From Octopus vulgaris (Eukaryota), in the NCBI GenBank assembly GCA_951406725.2, contig OX597821.1, forward strand, positions 73,222,001 to 73,286,000: a stretch of 64,000 nucleotides of DNA, in the 5' to 3' direction. Positions 38,671-50,888 of the stretch are shown here, in pieces. Every line of letters starts with the position of its first letter. Within the stretch, counting starts at the first letter, position 1. A model generated the notes under the pieces. That model saw only the letters and a program-made list of their open reading frames with translations, was not told where the DNA came from and searched no databases. The translations under genes and the position numbers were made by a program.

Positions 38671-41499
38671 ATAAGTTAAATGAGAAAAATGGCTTAACCG
38701 GTGCCATGGAAGTTTACTGCTATTCGTTTTAATGAATTGTCCTCCCTTTTAGTAATCAAAATCTTTAAACAGCTTTCTTGGTTAATTTCTTGGAAATAAC
38801 CAACCAAGTACTTTAAGCAATCACAATAAGATTACCAAATACTTTTAGTTCCTTGTGATGATCTTTGTGTTCTAGAACTTAACATTCCGTCATAGTTTTA
38901 AGTACTCATTCGTATTTCTCTGAAGATTGGGATTTTCTCAACAGAGAAAGATAATAAGGTAATGACAACTGTTAGAAGATTTCACAAGGAGATTAATTCT
39001 CTTTTACATGGAGATTAATTCCCAAAGACGGGGAATTGTCAAGTTTATTTCTGTCTTTGATCAAATGACTTTGCATCTGCAAAAAACAAAAGAACTTCCT
39101 CGATCTTGGCATTATGAAAAGGTATTACAATCAAGGATTACGCATGCTTGAAGAATTTTGAATGATGCTCAACATTTTTAAATGTTGTTGAGCCACCTTT
39201 GGTATCAAAGCAAAGTTGTAATTTATGCCGAACCAGGTAACAATCCACTCTGAGAAACAAACATTTCCAGGACGTTCGGCCATTTTATAACTAAATATTG
39301 TAATTCGAATTTGGTTAAATTTTACTTTAAATAGTAAAATAGCGAACTAAATACTTATAAAATAACGAATGCATTCCTTAACTATTACTGAACAGGTTTT
39401 AACTTTATAAATTGTATTTTAATAATGCGTTCGGTGTTCGAATCCTGCCGAGGTCAGCTTTGCTTTCATCCCTCCAGGGGTCTATAAATTAAGTACAAAT
39501 GGAGTACTGAACCGATAAAATCAAATCTCCATGATTTTGTAGTTTTGTGCCAAAAGTTCAAACCGTTATTAAAGTTCACTCTAAAATAAAGGTTTAGAAA
39601 GACAGAAAAATTGGGCGGCGGCGGCGGTGAATTAGCGGGATTGTCTGAACACGGAACAAAATGCTTACAATATTTAGTCCGGATTCTACGATGTGAAGCC
39701 ATGTCTTGCTGAGAATAATGTTTCCTTACATCCTTCTACAAAATAGGATGCCAGGGTGGTGGATGAGAGGAATTATAGAACTGTGTATATGTTTGTATGT
39801 ATGTATGCACATACATAATACATACAGACATACATACATACATACATACATACATACATGTATACATACATACATACATGTATGTCTATGTATACATATG
39901 CACGCTCACACATACACACACACATTTGCATACATACGTGCGCGCGCGTGTGTGTGTGTGTGTGTGTGTGTGTTTGCGTGCATTGATGGAATTGTTGGAA
40001 GTTTGGACAAAATGCTTTGCCGCATTTGTTCCTAATTCCCAGACAGGTGTAGCGAGCTTACCTGTATCTAACAAAATAGTGTAAAAGGAAGAATATTCCC
40101 TGAAGGAAGGCAACAAGTGACCACCGTTTGCATTCGACTCCTAGAACTTCCAGGACAAACATCCTTTAACCGTTATCAAAGAAGGCGCCGGGGTTTACTT
40201 ATCAATTTGATTCAAGGAATTGAGGGAGGGAATGAGAGAGAGAAAGGAGAGAGATAGGAGAAGAGAGAGAGGGAGGGAGTGTAGGAAAGAGATTAAAAGA
40301 AGATAGTTTTATCTTTTATTTTTTACTTTTTTTACTGTCATTGGACTGCGGCCATGATGGAGCACCATCTGTTACATATTGTTGGATGTACGGGGCGGGG
40401 TTTTTTTTTTGTTCTTTTATTTTTCTGGGTCAGACCTTTTTAATTCTTCAGATTTGTTTCCATTTGTTCAACTGAATAACGACGAAAGTCATAATCTATA
40501 CTCGGATACGGACAAAAGATGTTGTACCTGTTGCCGCTCGCTGCCTTTGTCCTAACAACGATGACAGTAAACAGACGACGAACTGTCAAATATATCTTGA
40601 CAGTTATTTGACAAGAAATAAGGGTCAAATTCCCTTCAAGGTTCAGACTTAAATAGGTAGAGGGTAGATACATTGGAGAAAGTAAACTTAGATATTCAAC
40701 GAGAATAGAACAAGATGGTCACAGCTGGAACGTCTTTATTCATAAGATTGTTCAGTCATAACCATACTGGAAGTAAATAGTCATATTATTGCTATTGACC
40801 AATACGAACAACACTATACGAACAACATAATACGAACAACTATATGCCAGTGTGAGAACTTCTAATCCTAGAACCATGCCACTCCATAAAATCTTCTTAG
40901 AGAAATTACAGTTTCATAAAAGAAGGAAGTATAACGGATCCCTCCTTCCCTTTCTGAATAACTTTTCCGAACTAAAATCTAAAAATAAAAGCGAACTCAA
41001 TGCAGTTTAAATGTTGCAGAAAAATTAGCCACACTTTCGTAAGAGTACAATATTAAAAATAATATTTAGCTTCATTATTAAATTTCTTCTCCCCAGAAGT
41101 GTCTATTGAATAATCTTTCATTGGAAATTCTAAACAGATTGGAAATATATAACCAAGTTGCTTGAAGACATTTTTCATAATGAACAATACTTGGAAACAC
41201 TTCAATACTTTGAGTGACGAGAAAACACTTTAATAGTTTGTGTGTCGAAGCATTTATTTATAAGATGGTGGAGAAATGTTTGCTAATTATAGGTGAAATG
41301 TAAATATACATGAACGCATACTCACACTTACATGTACATATATGCATGTGATGTATGTAGATATGTATATAAATATGTATATATGTGTACGTGTGTGTAT
41401 GTATGTATGTATGTATATATATATATATATATGTATATACATATGCATTGTTAGTTTTCTATAGAGTGCTTTGCCAACGAACTCCCAATGGCTATACTT

Positions 41500-41539
<40 letters not shown>

Positions 41540-42082
41540 GCTACTACCACCTCTACTATTACTACTACTGCTGTGCTGCTACACCTCTGCCTGTTTGTGC
41601 AGATAATATAAACATTGGCAGATATAGATTGTTTCTCCAAAAACTATTCACTGCTTTCAAAAATTTAAAACGACGACAATTATTTCTCAGACGGTTGCAA
41701 TATTTTAAGCGTAGAATGAATGGTAAGTTGGCAGATAATGAGACAAGGCTGAATACGGTTGAATGGGACTAAATGCCCTTCAGCGTTCGGTTCCATTTAT
41801 CTGCGTAAAGAGTTCAAACCCTTACTAGCTTTATTAAGATAACTGTAAGTAGCATATTGGAAGCGATTCAATCGACTCTTATTTCTCCATTAAAAATTTA
41901 GCCTCGTGGCTTGTTAAAGTAAATTGGTATTATCCGCAGAGAAGATAGAGGGAGGCAGGTGAATTGGTAAAATGCCGGATGTAAGTAATTAGTTTTTAAT
42001 TTCGGCCCACTGGATTCTACATTGAACACACAATGGGTTTGAATTTGCCAGTTATTTCTCTGTGATCAATAAATACAAGAGT

Positions 42083-42708
42083 TAAGGTGGCGAGCTGGCA
42101 GAATCGTTAGCACACCGGACAGGCGAAATGCTTAGCGGTATTTCGTCTGCCGTTACGTTCTGAGTTCAAATTCCGCCGAGGTCGACTTTGCCTTTCATCC
42201 TTTCGAGGTCGATGAAAAAAGTAGCAGTTACGCACTGGGGTCGATGTAATCGACTTAATCCCTTTGTCTGTCCTTGTTTGTCCTCTCTGTGTTTAGCCCC
42301 TTGTGGGTAGTAAAGAAATAGGTATTTCGTCTGCCGCTACGTTCTGAGTTGAAATTCCGCCGAGGTCGACTTTGCCTTTCGTCCTTTCAGGGTCGATGAA
42401 ATAAGTACCAGTTACGCACTGGGGTCGATGTAATCGACTTAATCCCTTTGTCTATCCTTGTTTGGCCCCTCTATGTTTAACCCCTTGTGGGTAATAAAGA
42501 AATAAGAATCGTTAGCACATCGGACAGGCCAAATGCTTAGCAGCAATTCGTCTGTCTACGTTCCGAGTTCAAATTCCGCCGAGGTCAACTTTGCCTTTCA
42601 TCGTTTTGGGGTCGATAAAATAAGTACCAGTTGAACACTGAGGTCGAATGTAATCGGCTTACCCTTTCCCCACTAACTTGCTGGTGTTGTGCTAAAATTT
42701 GAAACCAA
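42083..42708 (+). mobile_element. Family-B SINE composite (head, two body units, second partial head and alternate tail)
   Basis: gaatcgttagcaca.cggacaggc occurs at about 42101 and 42507. Three copies of the conserved domain. Confidence 0.85.
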
Positions 42709-43002
42709 TGAAAAGCCGATGTGCCAACCTCTGTCATTGTATCTGTGGACCAATTCTAAGGAAGCCAGTATTTCCTGTGAAGAATTAATAACAGTTGTAG
42801 TGTAGGACAGAGGTAAAACCGAATATGGCATTGGGATTAGCATGAACGTCACAACAAACCTTTTTCTTGTTCTTTTAGTCACAACAAAAAGAAGAACCTG
42901 ATCTGCTATGAAAGAGCATACACTGTGGAACAAAACAATCAAAGCTCTCAGTGACCCGAATTTGTGGTACCGGTTTCGATTCTCGTTTGATACATTTCCT
43001 TC

Positions 43003-43064
<62 letters not shown>

Positions 43065-43664
43065 AATTATTGTATACAGTGCTCAGGTGCACCACAACTT
43101 GTCAAGGTTTGTTCAATATCTCACTGTTCTGAGTTCAATTTCAGCCAAACTAGATTTTTCGTTTTGTTTTGTTTGTTTTGTTTGTTTCACCATGTAAGAT
43201 AAAAAGAATACCAATAACATATTGAGGTTGATTCAATTAACTGTTTCAACACTACAGAAATACAAATAGTTTTTTCTCACAGATAATGGATAATTTTATC
43301 ATCAAAGACAATAAGAAACGGTGGTTAGAGATAGAGATTAAAGGCGATTCTTTGGCTGCAAGGTGAACGGCTGAGTATTCCGATGACATTTTCAAATAGA
43401 GAACTTTTTTTGACGCGTCAAATCACATAGAAATCCAGTAATGTTTTCCTTTCAATTCATTCACTTCTAATCAAACAGTTTTTATCATCAAAAGCGTTCC
43501 TACTTTCTCATAAACACAATGTATCAAGGATTACAACTCCATTGTAACAGAGTGTTGTATGGTCTCATGGCTGTTTGGTTGCTATTTGTAGCATATCGAG
43601 TAATCACATAAAATGTTCGGAGAACAGGTTAGCTCTTGTAAAATTATGTGTGTTTGATCGTACA

Positions 43665-44632
43665 GGTCTACATTTAAGCGATGAGGAATTATGTACATTA
43701 TTTACATTTGATGGATATTTGTCCTCATCTTTTTTGTTGTTAACACAACGTTTCGGCTGATATACCCTCCAGCCTTCATCAGGTGTCCTGGGCAAATTTC
43801 GAACCTGGGTTCTCATTCCTAAGGTATTTTTCGATGTTGCTGTTGTTGTTGCTGTTATTGTCTGTGAGCGAAAAGGCGCCAAAGACGAAATCGTTGATGA
43901 TATTCCAATATGTTGTTTACAACTGGGATTCTAATGAGTAACAAGTCATGTAGGTCTTTTCTTTTCACTGCTCATCCCAAATACTAATAAAAACATGCAG
44001 TTCTATATTTAAGAGACGAGTAATTATGTAACATTATTTACATTTGACGGATATTTATTCTCATTTTGTTTGTTGTTAACACAACGTTTCAGCTGATTTA
44101 CCTTCCAGCTTTCATCAGGTATCTTGGGGAAATTTCGAACCTGGGTTCTCATTCCTAAGGTATTTTTCGATGTTATTATCATTATTCATTAGTGGGGGAT
44201 AAGCTCTATTTGAGGAAAATAAATTATATTCCTGCTTCTTTTCAAAATACGTTCTTGATGTGAGGTGGAGTATCTCCAAATGGGGTTTCGAAATAGACTC
44301 AGTTTGCATGGCTCTTACTCCTACACTCTGTCCTCCCTAATATATGGTGATGTCCAGTCATCTTAAATAGGTTTTAGGGTTAGCATTAAAGGCTTCCTGT
44401 TTGCCAAGCTCACTCATTTATAAGTAAAATCTATGAAGTTCAGTTTTTTATTTAAGAGATGAGGAATTATTTTCATTATTTACATTTGACGGATATTTGT
44501 CCTCATCTTGCTTGTTGTTAACGTTTCGACTGATATACCTTCCAGCTTCCATCAGGTGTATTGGAGAAATTTTGAACTTGGGTTCTCATTCCTAAGGTAT
44601 TTTTCAATGTTATTATTATTATTATCATTATT
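43665..44632 (-). repeat. Three co-oriented ~190-bp hammerhead-bearing repeats (43665-43860, 43998-44188, 44440-44632)
   Basis: Shared catttga.ggatattt.t.ctcat...acgtttc..ctga...catcaggt...ctcattcctaaggtattttc. Each runs into (TTA/TTG)n. Confidence 0.85.
43742..43787 (-). ncRNA. Minimal type I hammerhead ribozyme motif
   Basis: Reverse complement GACAC-CTGATGA-A-GGCTG-loop-CAGCC-GAAAC-GTT-GTGTT. Stem I GACAC/GTGTT, palindromic stem III AACGTT. Confidence 0.7.
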
Positions 44633-47600
44633 AGTATTTTGCGTAGGATATGAGCAGTTCCCAAGAGCACTATCTTTTGAATTTCTGCCATTTTGGGGTT
44701 TCCTGGTATCTGAGTTAGGTAGCTATCAGCCCCTTTTGCTATCATTCCCAGATCACCTATGACAACAGGTATTGTTTTAGTCTTCAGGTTCCACATTTTG
44801 CTGATTTCTATTTCAAGATCTTTATATTTGCTCAGTTTCTGGTAGGTCTTGACAGATACGTTTATATCGATTGGGACAGTCATATCAATGAGAAGGCATG
44901 TTCTTTGTTTGAAGTCTTTCAATATGATGTCTGGCCTATTTGCATCTATCTTTTTTGTCAGTTTGAATGGTGAAGTTCCAGAGGAGAGAGATGCGGTCAT
45001 TTTCAAGCACTGGGGGTGGTTTGTGTTCCCACCAGTTTTTTCATGGGGCAAATCCAGGTTTTTGCAAATTACCCAGTGAATATATTGTGCAGCTCTATCA
45101 TGCCTGTTGAGATACTCTGTAGGCGCTAGAAGACTGCACTTGGAGACAACATGATCAATGGTTTCATTTTGTTGTTGACATACACGACATCTCGGGCTAC
45201 TGCTGTTCTTTAATATGTTGGCCTGGTAGTTCCTAGGCATTGGTTTTGAGCTGCTATGATAAACCCCTCTGTTTCAGATTTTAAGCCAGAGGCCATTAGC
45301 CATTGATGGGTCAGGGCTTTGTCAACATCTGCATTATTCACTCTCTTTGGGTATTTGCCATTGAGAGGTTTTTCTTGCCATTTATCATTCAGAATATCTA
45401 AGGCAGCAGTTTTAGCACGGGTTTTCATGCGCTTAGCTTTTTCTGTGCTTGTTTCTTGTATGTCTAATTCCGAAATTTGTTGTATTCGGAATTCACTTAG
45501 ATATTCCTTTGCCTGTTTTGTTACTGAGTATGATGCTTTCTTGTTTTCATGTTTTGAGACAAGTTTTAACATCCAGTCCTCAGAGTTTTTCAGATAGGTG
45601 TCTAGGCCAATTGTAGCAATCTTCATTGTTATTGCCAGTTGTAAAAGTTCACGGCCTCCCTCTTTTCTTGGCAGATAAAATCGTTCTATATCTGCCTTAG
45701 GGTGGTGCATTCTATGCATTGTCAACAGTTTTCGTATTTTTCTGTCAAGATTACATATTTCAGTAATTGACCAGTTAACGATACTGAAACTGTAAGTCAC
45801 GACTGGTATGGCTAAAGCATTGATCGCTTCGATCCTGTTTCTCGCATTCAGCTCTGTCTTGAGTATTGCTCTTACTCTGCGATAACATTCTCTCCTGATC
45901 TTTTCCTTCATCACTAAATGCCTTATTCCGCCCCCTTCAATTACCCCTAGGTACTTGTAGCTCTCCGCTGGGTCTAACTCTTTTATGACATGCTGCTGGT
46001 CAAGGTTAACGTTAGATGTTTCTGTTATTTTTCCTTTGATAAAGGTAGCTTTTGCACATTTATCGAGGCCAAATTGCATTCTGATGTCATCACTGAATTG
46101 TTTAACAATCGCTAGTAAGCCCTCGAGTTGTTGGTCATTTTTTGCAAAGAGCTTTAAATCATCCATGTAAATGAGATGATTTATATTTTTATTAAACATT
46201 TTATATCCGTACTGCGCGTCATTGAGCAATTTTTGAGAGAGGTATTAAGGCTAAACAAAAGAGGAGTGGTGATAGTGAGTCACCCTGGGCAATGCCACAT
46301 GAAATTTTTACATCACCAGCATTTAGAGATTCATTGTCACTGTTCAAAGTTAGTGTGGTTCTCCATGATCTCATACTTACAGACAAAAAGTTTCGCAGAG
46401 TAGGTGCTATTTTATACATTTCCAGCCATTTCTCAATCCAGCTATGTGGTAGGCTATTAAAAGCCTTTTTATAGTCTATCCAGGCTATTTATAAGCTTTT
46501 GTGTCGTTTGTGACAATCTTCTAAGATCATCTTATTGATGAGTAGCTGATCTTCACAACCGTAGGATCCACGTTTACATCCTTTCTGTTCATTAGGGAAT
46601 ATGCTGCTGTCTGTTAAAAAACTATAGGTATATTCCGTCAGGCCAGATGTTAGCGTTTTATACATAGTTGTTAAGCAGGTTATGGGTCTATAGTTTTTTG
46701 GTTCATTTGTTTCTTCACTTTTTGGAAGCAGGAATGTTAACCCATTAACTAGCCAAGCAGGCATCCTACTAGGGTGTTGCAAAACATCATTGTAAAGTTC
46801 TGTTAGCAGTTCATGGCTCTCTGGGAAGGCATTCAGCCAGAAGTTAGGAATTTTATCCTTTCCTGGAGACTTCCATTTGCTTGACCTACTGAGAGCAGCT
46901 CTTATATCTTCTACCTTGACACCCTCCCACTTTTGCTTTTCTAAGGAGTCCAGTTCTGTAGATATTCTATCAATCGTTGTGTGTTTTTTCTTCTGCCCAA
47001 ATTTTATTCCAAAATCCCTGCACTTCTTCTTTTGATGGTACAGACTTTACAGTAATTGGTGTTTTTCCTATCTTCCTGTAATAGTTTTTGGGGTTATTTT
47101 TGAACATGTTGTTGTCCTTGAAGAATCTAACACGCTTTTCATACCTCGCTATGCGGGCAGCTTTAGCAGATACCTTTTGCTTGATGGTTTCTATGGTGGC
47201 ATCAATATCAAGTATAGTTTTCATATTATATTTTTTCATTAATTTTGGGTTTTTTGTAGGTTTGGTAGTCTTGTCAACCTTAAGGTTTTTCAAATATTCA
47301 ATGTTAGACCTAAGTAGTTTAATTTGTTGTTGTATACGCTCTTGCCAAGAAGGCTTTTTGTGGGAATGTTGCCGTTTTCTAATCTTTTCACCACAAAGAA
47401 TAGTTGAGATTTTCGCGGATGCATAGTACAGGTGGTTGAGATCTGTGATATCAACATCATTAGCTGAAATTATATCCTTAAGTGCAAGGCGGATTTTACC
47501 AATTATTTTCATGTTTTGGTTAGAGTTGCGGATTTTAGGGAGTGTATCGCGTTCATCCATACTGGTTTCTTTAATTTTCAGCCATTCAATCATGATTTGA

Positions 47601-48422
47601 TTTTTTAGCTCATGTAGTTCTGTTGGCTCAATATTTCTGTGACTTTCTTCATCTATTTGATGTTCGTCTGTCTTAGTGTTTTATGATTGGTTCAGGGAGT
47701 ATTTCACTTTGCCTATCACTTATACTAACTCTTTCAATCCTTACTTCGTTTTTATCAGCCCTGGGCTGGTCTATAATTATTTCCGCTGTATTATCTTCTT
47801 TAGCTGCAGCTTCGTTCATTCTATCCGTTACTGCTTGTCTAATTTGGTCAATCTCTACTTCAGTCAGTAATTTTTTTTTGTTTTTTATAATGTTTCTTCT
47901 GACGTTGGAAAGTGTGTTACTGTTCATGTAGGGTCTTGCTTCAGGGTGTTTCTGTCTCCAGTTTAAGTATGTTTGTACAGTATTAGATTTATCTGTGGGG
48001 AAATATATGGCATGGTAGAAGGCCGCAAGAACGTCTTTATTATCTTCCCTAGACCACTTTTCCTTCTTTTTCTTTTGGTTATTTGATGACGGGCATGGAT
48101 GGCCATCTGTTGGAATATTCCGGTTGTGGGGTACGTCCAGCTCCTGTGTGTCGGGAAGATTTGAACCAGTAGCTGATTTTTCAATCAGAATTTGGTTCAA
48201 TTTTCGGGTACGTGGTCTTTTGTAATCCGTTCGATGACCGTTGCGGTTTGTAATTTGTTTTGTTATCAGTGAGGCATGACGAGCTTCGACTCTTACATTA
48301 GGAGACGGATCTGTCAGTTTAGGGTTCTCTGCATGTAAACATTGTTCGTAGCACAGCTTCTTAAGGCTAGAAGATCTATATTCGTCTGTAATTTTTTTGT
48401 TGATAGATTTATCTCCGAACAT
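44633..48422 (-). pseudogene. RT + restriction-like endonuclease polyprotein pseudogene of the R4/Dong element
   Basis: One ancestral ORF split across at least six ORF-track pieces by frameshifts and stops. Confidence 0.88.
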
Positions 48423-48990
48423 AGTTTTTTGTGGTGTTTTTTAAACTTATGAAAGGTTCACTCTGCCTGTGTTAGTTCGAGAAAAAACGGAAGAGGGAGT
48501 AGTGGTAAGGGTGGTAGTTGGGCCTCCAAATTTACAGGGAGTTGTAGATTTTCCAGTCTTTGGGAACAGTAGGAGGAAGAGCGGGTTCACTTGTTGGATT
48601 TTTTAATTTCTGAATTTATTTTTCTTTTGGAATGTTTCTTTTATTTTTAAAAGTTTTGCTGTGGTTTACAGTTTTTGTAGTTATGCAGTATGTATATATT
48701 AGCAGGTGCTTACTTCCATAATTTTTTATCGTGCATTTAATTGTGTTGTTACAATAAAAGGCATTTTTACATATTCTGATAGTCAAGGAAGAGGGGACGA
48801 CAAAATGTTCACACAAAATTGGAGATATTTATGTTTCTAATTTTTTTTGTTAGGTGTTCGTTTGTATGTCCAAAGCTGTAGATATGTAAGTTCCTTAACT
48901 TATTTTGAGGGAAATTCAAATTACTCACAGAAAACAGTAGATCTTCCAGTTTTTTACGGTTGTTTTTTCGGCTGTCCTGCTGGGTTTTGT
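44633..48990 (-). mobile_element. R4/Dong-clade non-LTR retrotransposon, near full length, frameshifted, lacking stop codon and 3' UTR
   Basis: Collinear minus-strand ORF pieces 47673-48422, 46970-47593, 46489-46782, 46219-46419, 45210-46229 and 44518-45240. RT motifs NYRPITCL, QGDSLSP and HLIYMDDLKL. CCHC knuckle CRVC..ETIDHVVSKC, RHD, and RPDIIL..IDM..K nuclease motif. Bounded by (TTA)n/(TCA)n on both sides. Confidence 0.92.
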
Positions 48991-49000
48991 ATTATTATCT

Positions 49001-49092
<92 letters not shown>

Positions 49093-49124
49093 TGTATATA
49101 TATATTTTATAAATGCAAAACAAA

Positions 49125-49200
49125 ACCACGGAGGAATCGACGTAAGCTTAAATGATAAACCGCGATAGGTGAACCGCGATATGGCGAGGGGGTTACTGTA
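49125..49200. mobile_element. Tigger/pogo-like terminal fragment
   Basis: aaccgcgata repeated twice, ending cgagggggttactg-ta. Confidence 0.45.
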
Positions 49201-49357
49201 TATGCGAATTTATCTTAGGTAGTTTGTATCCCGTATAGCCCCAGTCTCTGATGTAACTTCGTACTCTCATCCGTTCTATAGGTGTGTTAACGACTAAATT
49301 CTCTATAATCTCAGGCATTTTGAGATTATATAGAATCAGCTGGTCAAGAAATTATCG

Positions 49358-49520
49358 GCATTATTTACATTATTTACATTTGACGGATATTTGTCCTCGT
49401 CTTGTTTGTTGTTAACACAACGTTTCGGCTGATATACCCTTCAGCCTTCATCAGGCGTCTTGGGGAAACTTCGAACCTGGGTTCTCATTCCTAAGGTATT
49501 TTTCGATGTTGTTGTTGTTG

Positions 49521-49575
<55 letters not shown>

Positions 49576-49740
49576 CATTATTATTCAGGTCACTGCTTGG
49601 AATCAAACTCGGAATCTTGGGGTTAGTAGCCCGCGCTCTTAACCACTACGCCATATGCCCGTGGGCTGGAGGGTATATCAACCGAAACGTCTTAACAACG
49701 AATAAGATGAGGACAAATATCCGTCAAATGTAAATAATGC
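49358..49740 (-). mobile_element. tRNA head + (TAA)n + hammerhead unit, with inverted partial copy at its 5' side
   Basis: Head 49585-49660 (A box TGGCGTAGTGG, B-box-like GTTTGATTCC). (TAA/CAA)n 49507-49585. Hammerhead 49414-49459. 49664-49740 is an inverted copy of the 3' part. Confidence 0.75.
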
Positions 49741-50089
49741 AATAAAAACATGTTCTTAATATTTTTTGCTCGAAGACCGGAATGGCTAGAAACGGCTGAC
49801 GTCATCAAACCCTGACAAAATCCTGCTTTCGCGTTTATTGTTGTTTAAGTCTGGGCGCAGTGATTCGCGTTCAATTCTTGTGCGGGGAATTGGTTGTACG
49901 GGCCTTCGCTAATATTCCTGTTACGAATTTTTGTCCTCTAAATCAAACCATGATGATAAGGAGGGGAAGGATGAAAGAGTGGAGACTGCCCTCCTCCCCA
50001 CAAGAAGGACCAAATATCCACCGTTCAACCTGGTCCCTTTGACTTTCAAAAGAAAAAAAATAAAACAAAAACAGGTGTCAAATATACTT

Positions 50090-50305
50090 GAGTGGCTGTG
50101 TGGTAAGTAGCTTGCTTACTAACCACATGGTTCCGGGTTCAGTCACACTGCGTGGCACCTTGGGCAAGTGTCTTCTACTATAGCCTCGGTCCGACCAAAA
50201 CCTTGTGAGTGGATTTGGTACACGGAAACTGAAAGAAGCGTGTCGTATATATGTGTGTGTGTATATATATATATATTATGTATGTATATATATATATTAT
50301 GTATG

Positions 50306-50371
<66 letters not shown>

Positions 50372-50560
50372 TTTGTTTGTCTCCCAACATCGCTTGACAA
50401 CTGGTGCTGGTATGTTTACGTCCCCGTAACTTAGCGGTTCGGCAAAAGAGACCGATAGAATAAGTACTAGGCTTACAAAGAATAAGTCTGGGATCGATTT
50501 GCTCGATTAAAAGGCGGTGCTCCAACATGGCCGCAGTCAAATGTAAAAGAGTAAAGAGTA
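50090..50560 (+). mobile_element. Family-A SINE, intact, with internal (TA)/(TG)n
   Basis: Head gagtggctgtgtggtaag..gggttcagtc and tail gtaaaagagtaaaga. Confidence 0.85.
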
Positions 50561-50811
50561 ATTAGTAATAAAAGAAAAATAAGTGCTGGATACAATGTCT
50601 GGAAAGAGACGAGATAGTCGCGACTGGAACGCGTTTGACCATACATCTGCTCGAGCATGGTGGACTGGGTGGGGTGGGGTACCAAACAACAACAACAACA
50701 ACAATAAACGTCCAAAAAAGTTTCATAAAAACGTGGGATTTTTTGTCTAGTTTTACGGCAGCAATGAACAGATTCCAAAATATTTTTTATCAATTGGAAA
50801 ATAATTCTTCG

Positions 50812-50888
<77 letters not shown>

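Noticed and set aside
49585-49660. Functional tRNA gene
   Set aside because: The acceptor stem does not pair and it runs into (TAA)n; treated as a SINE-type head.
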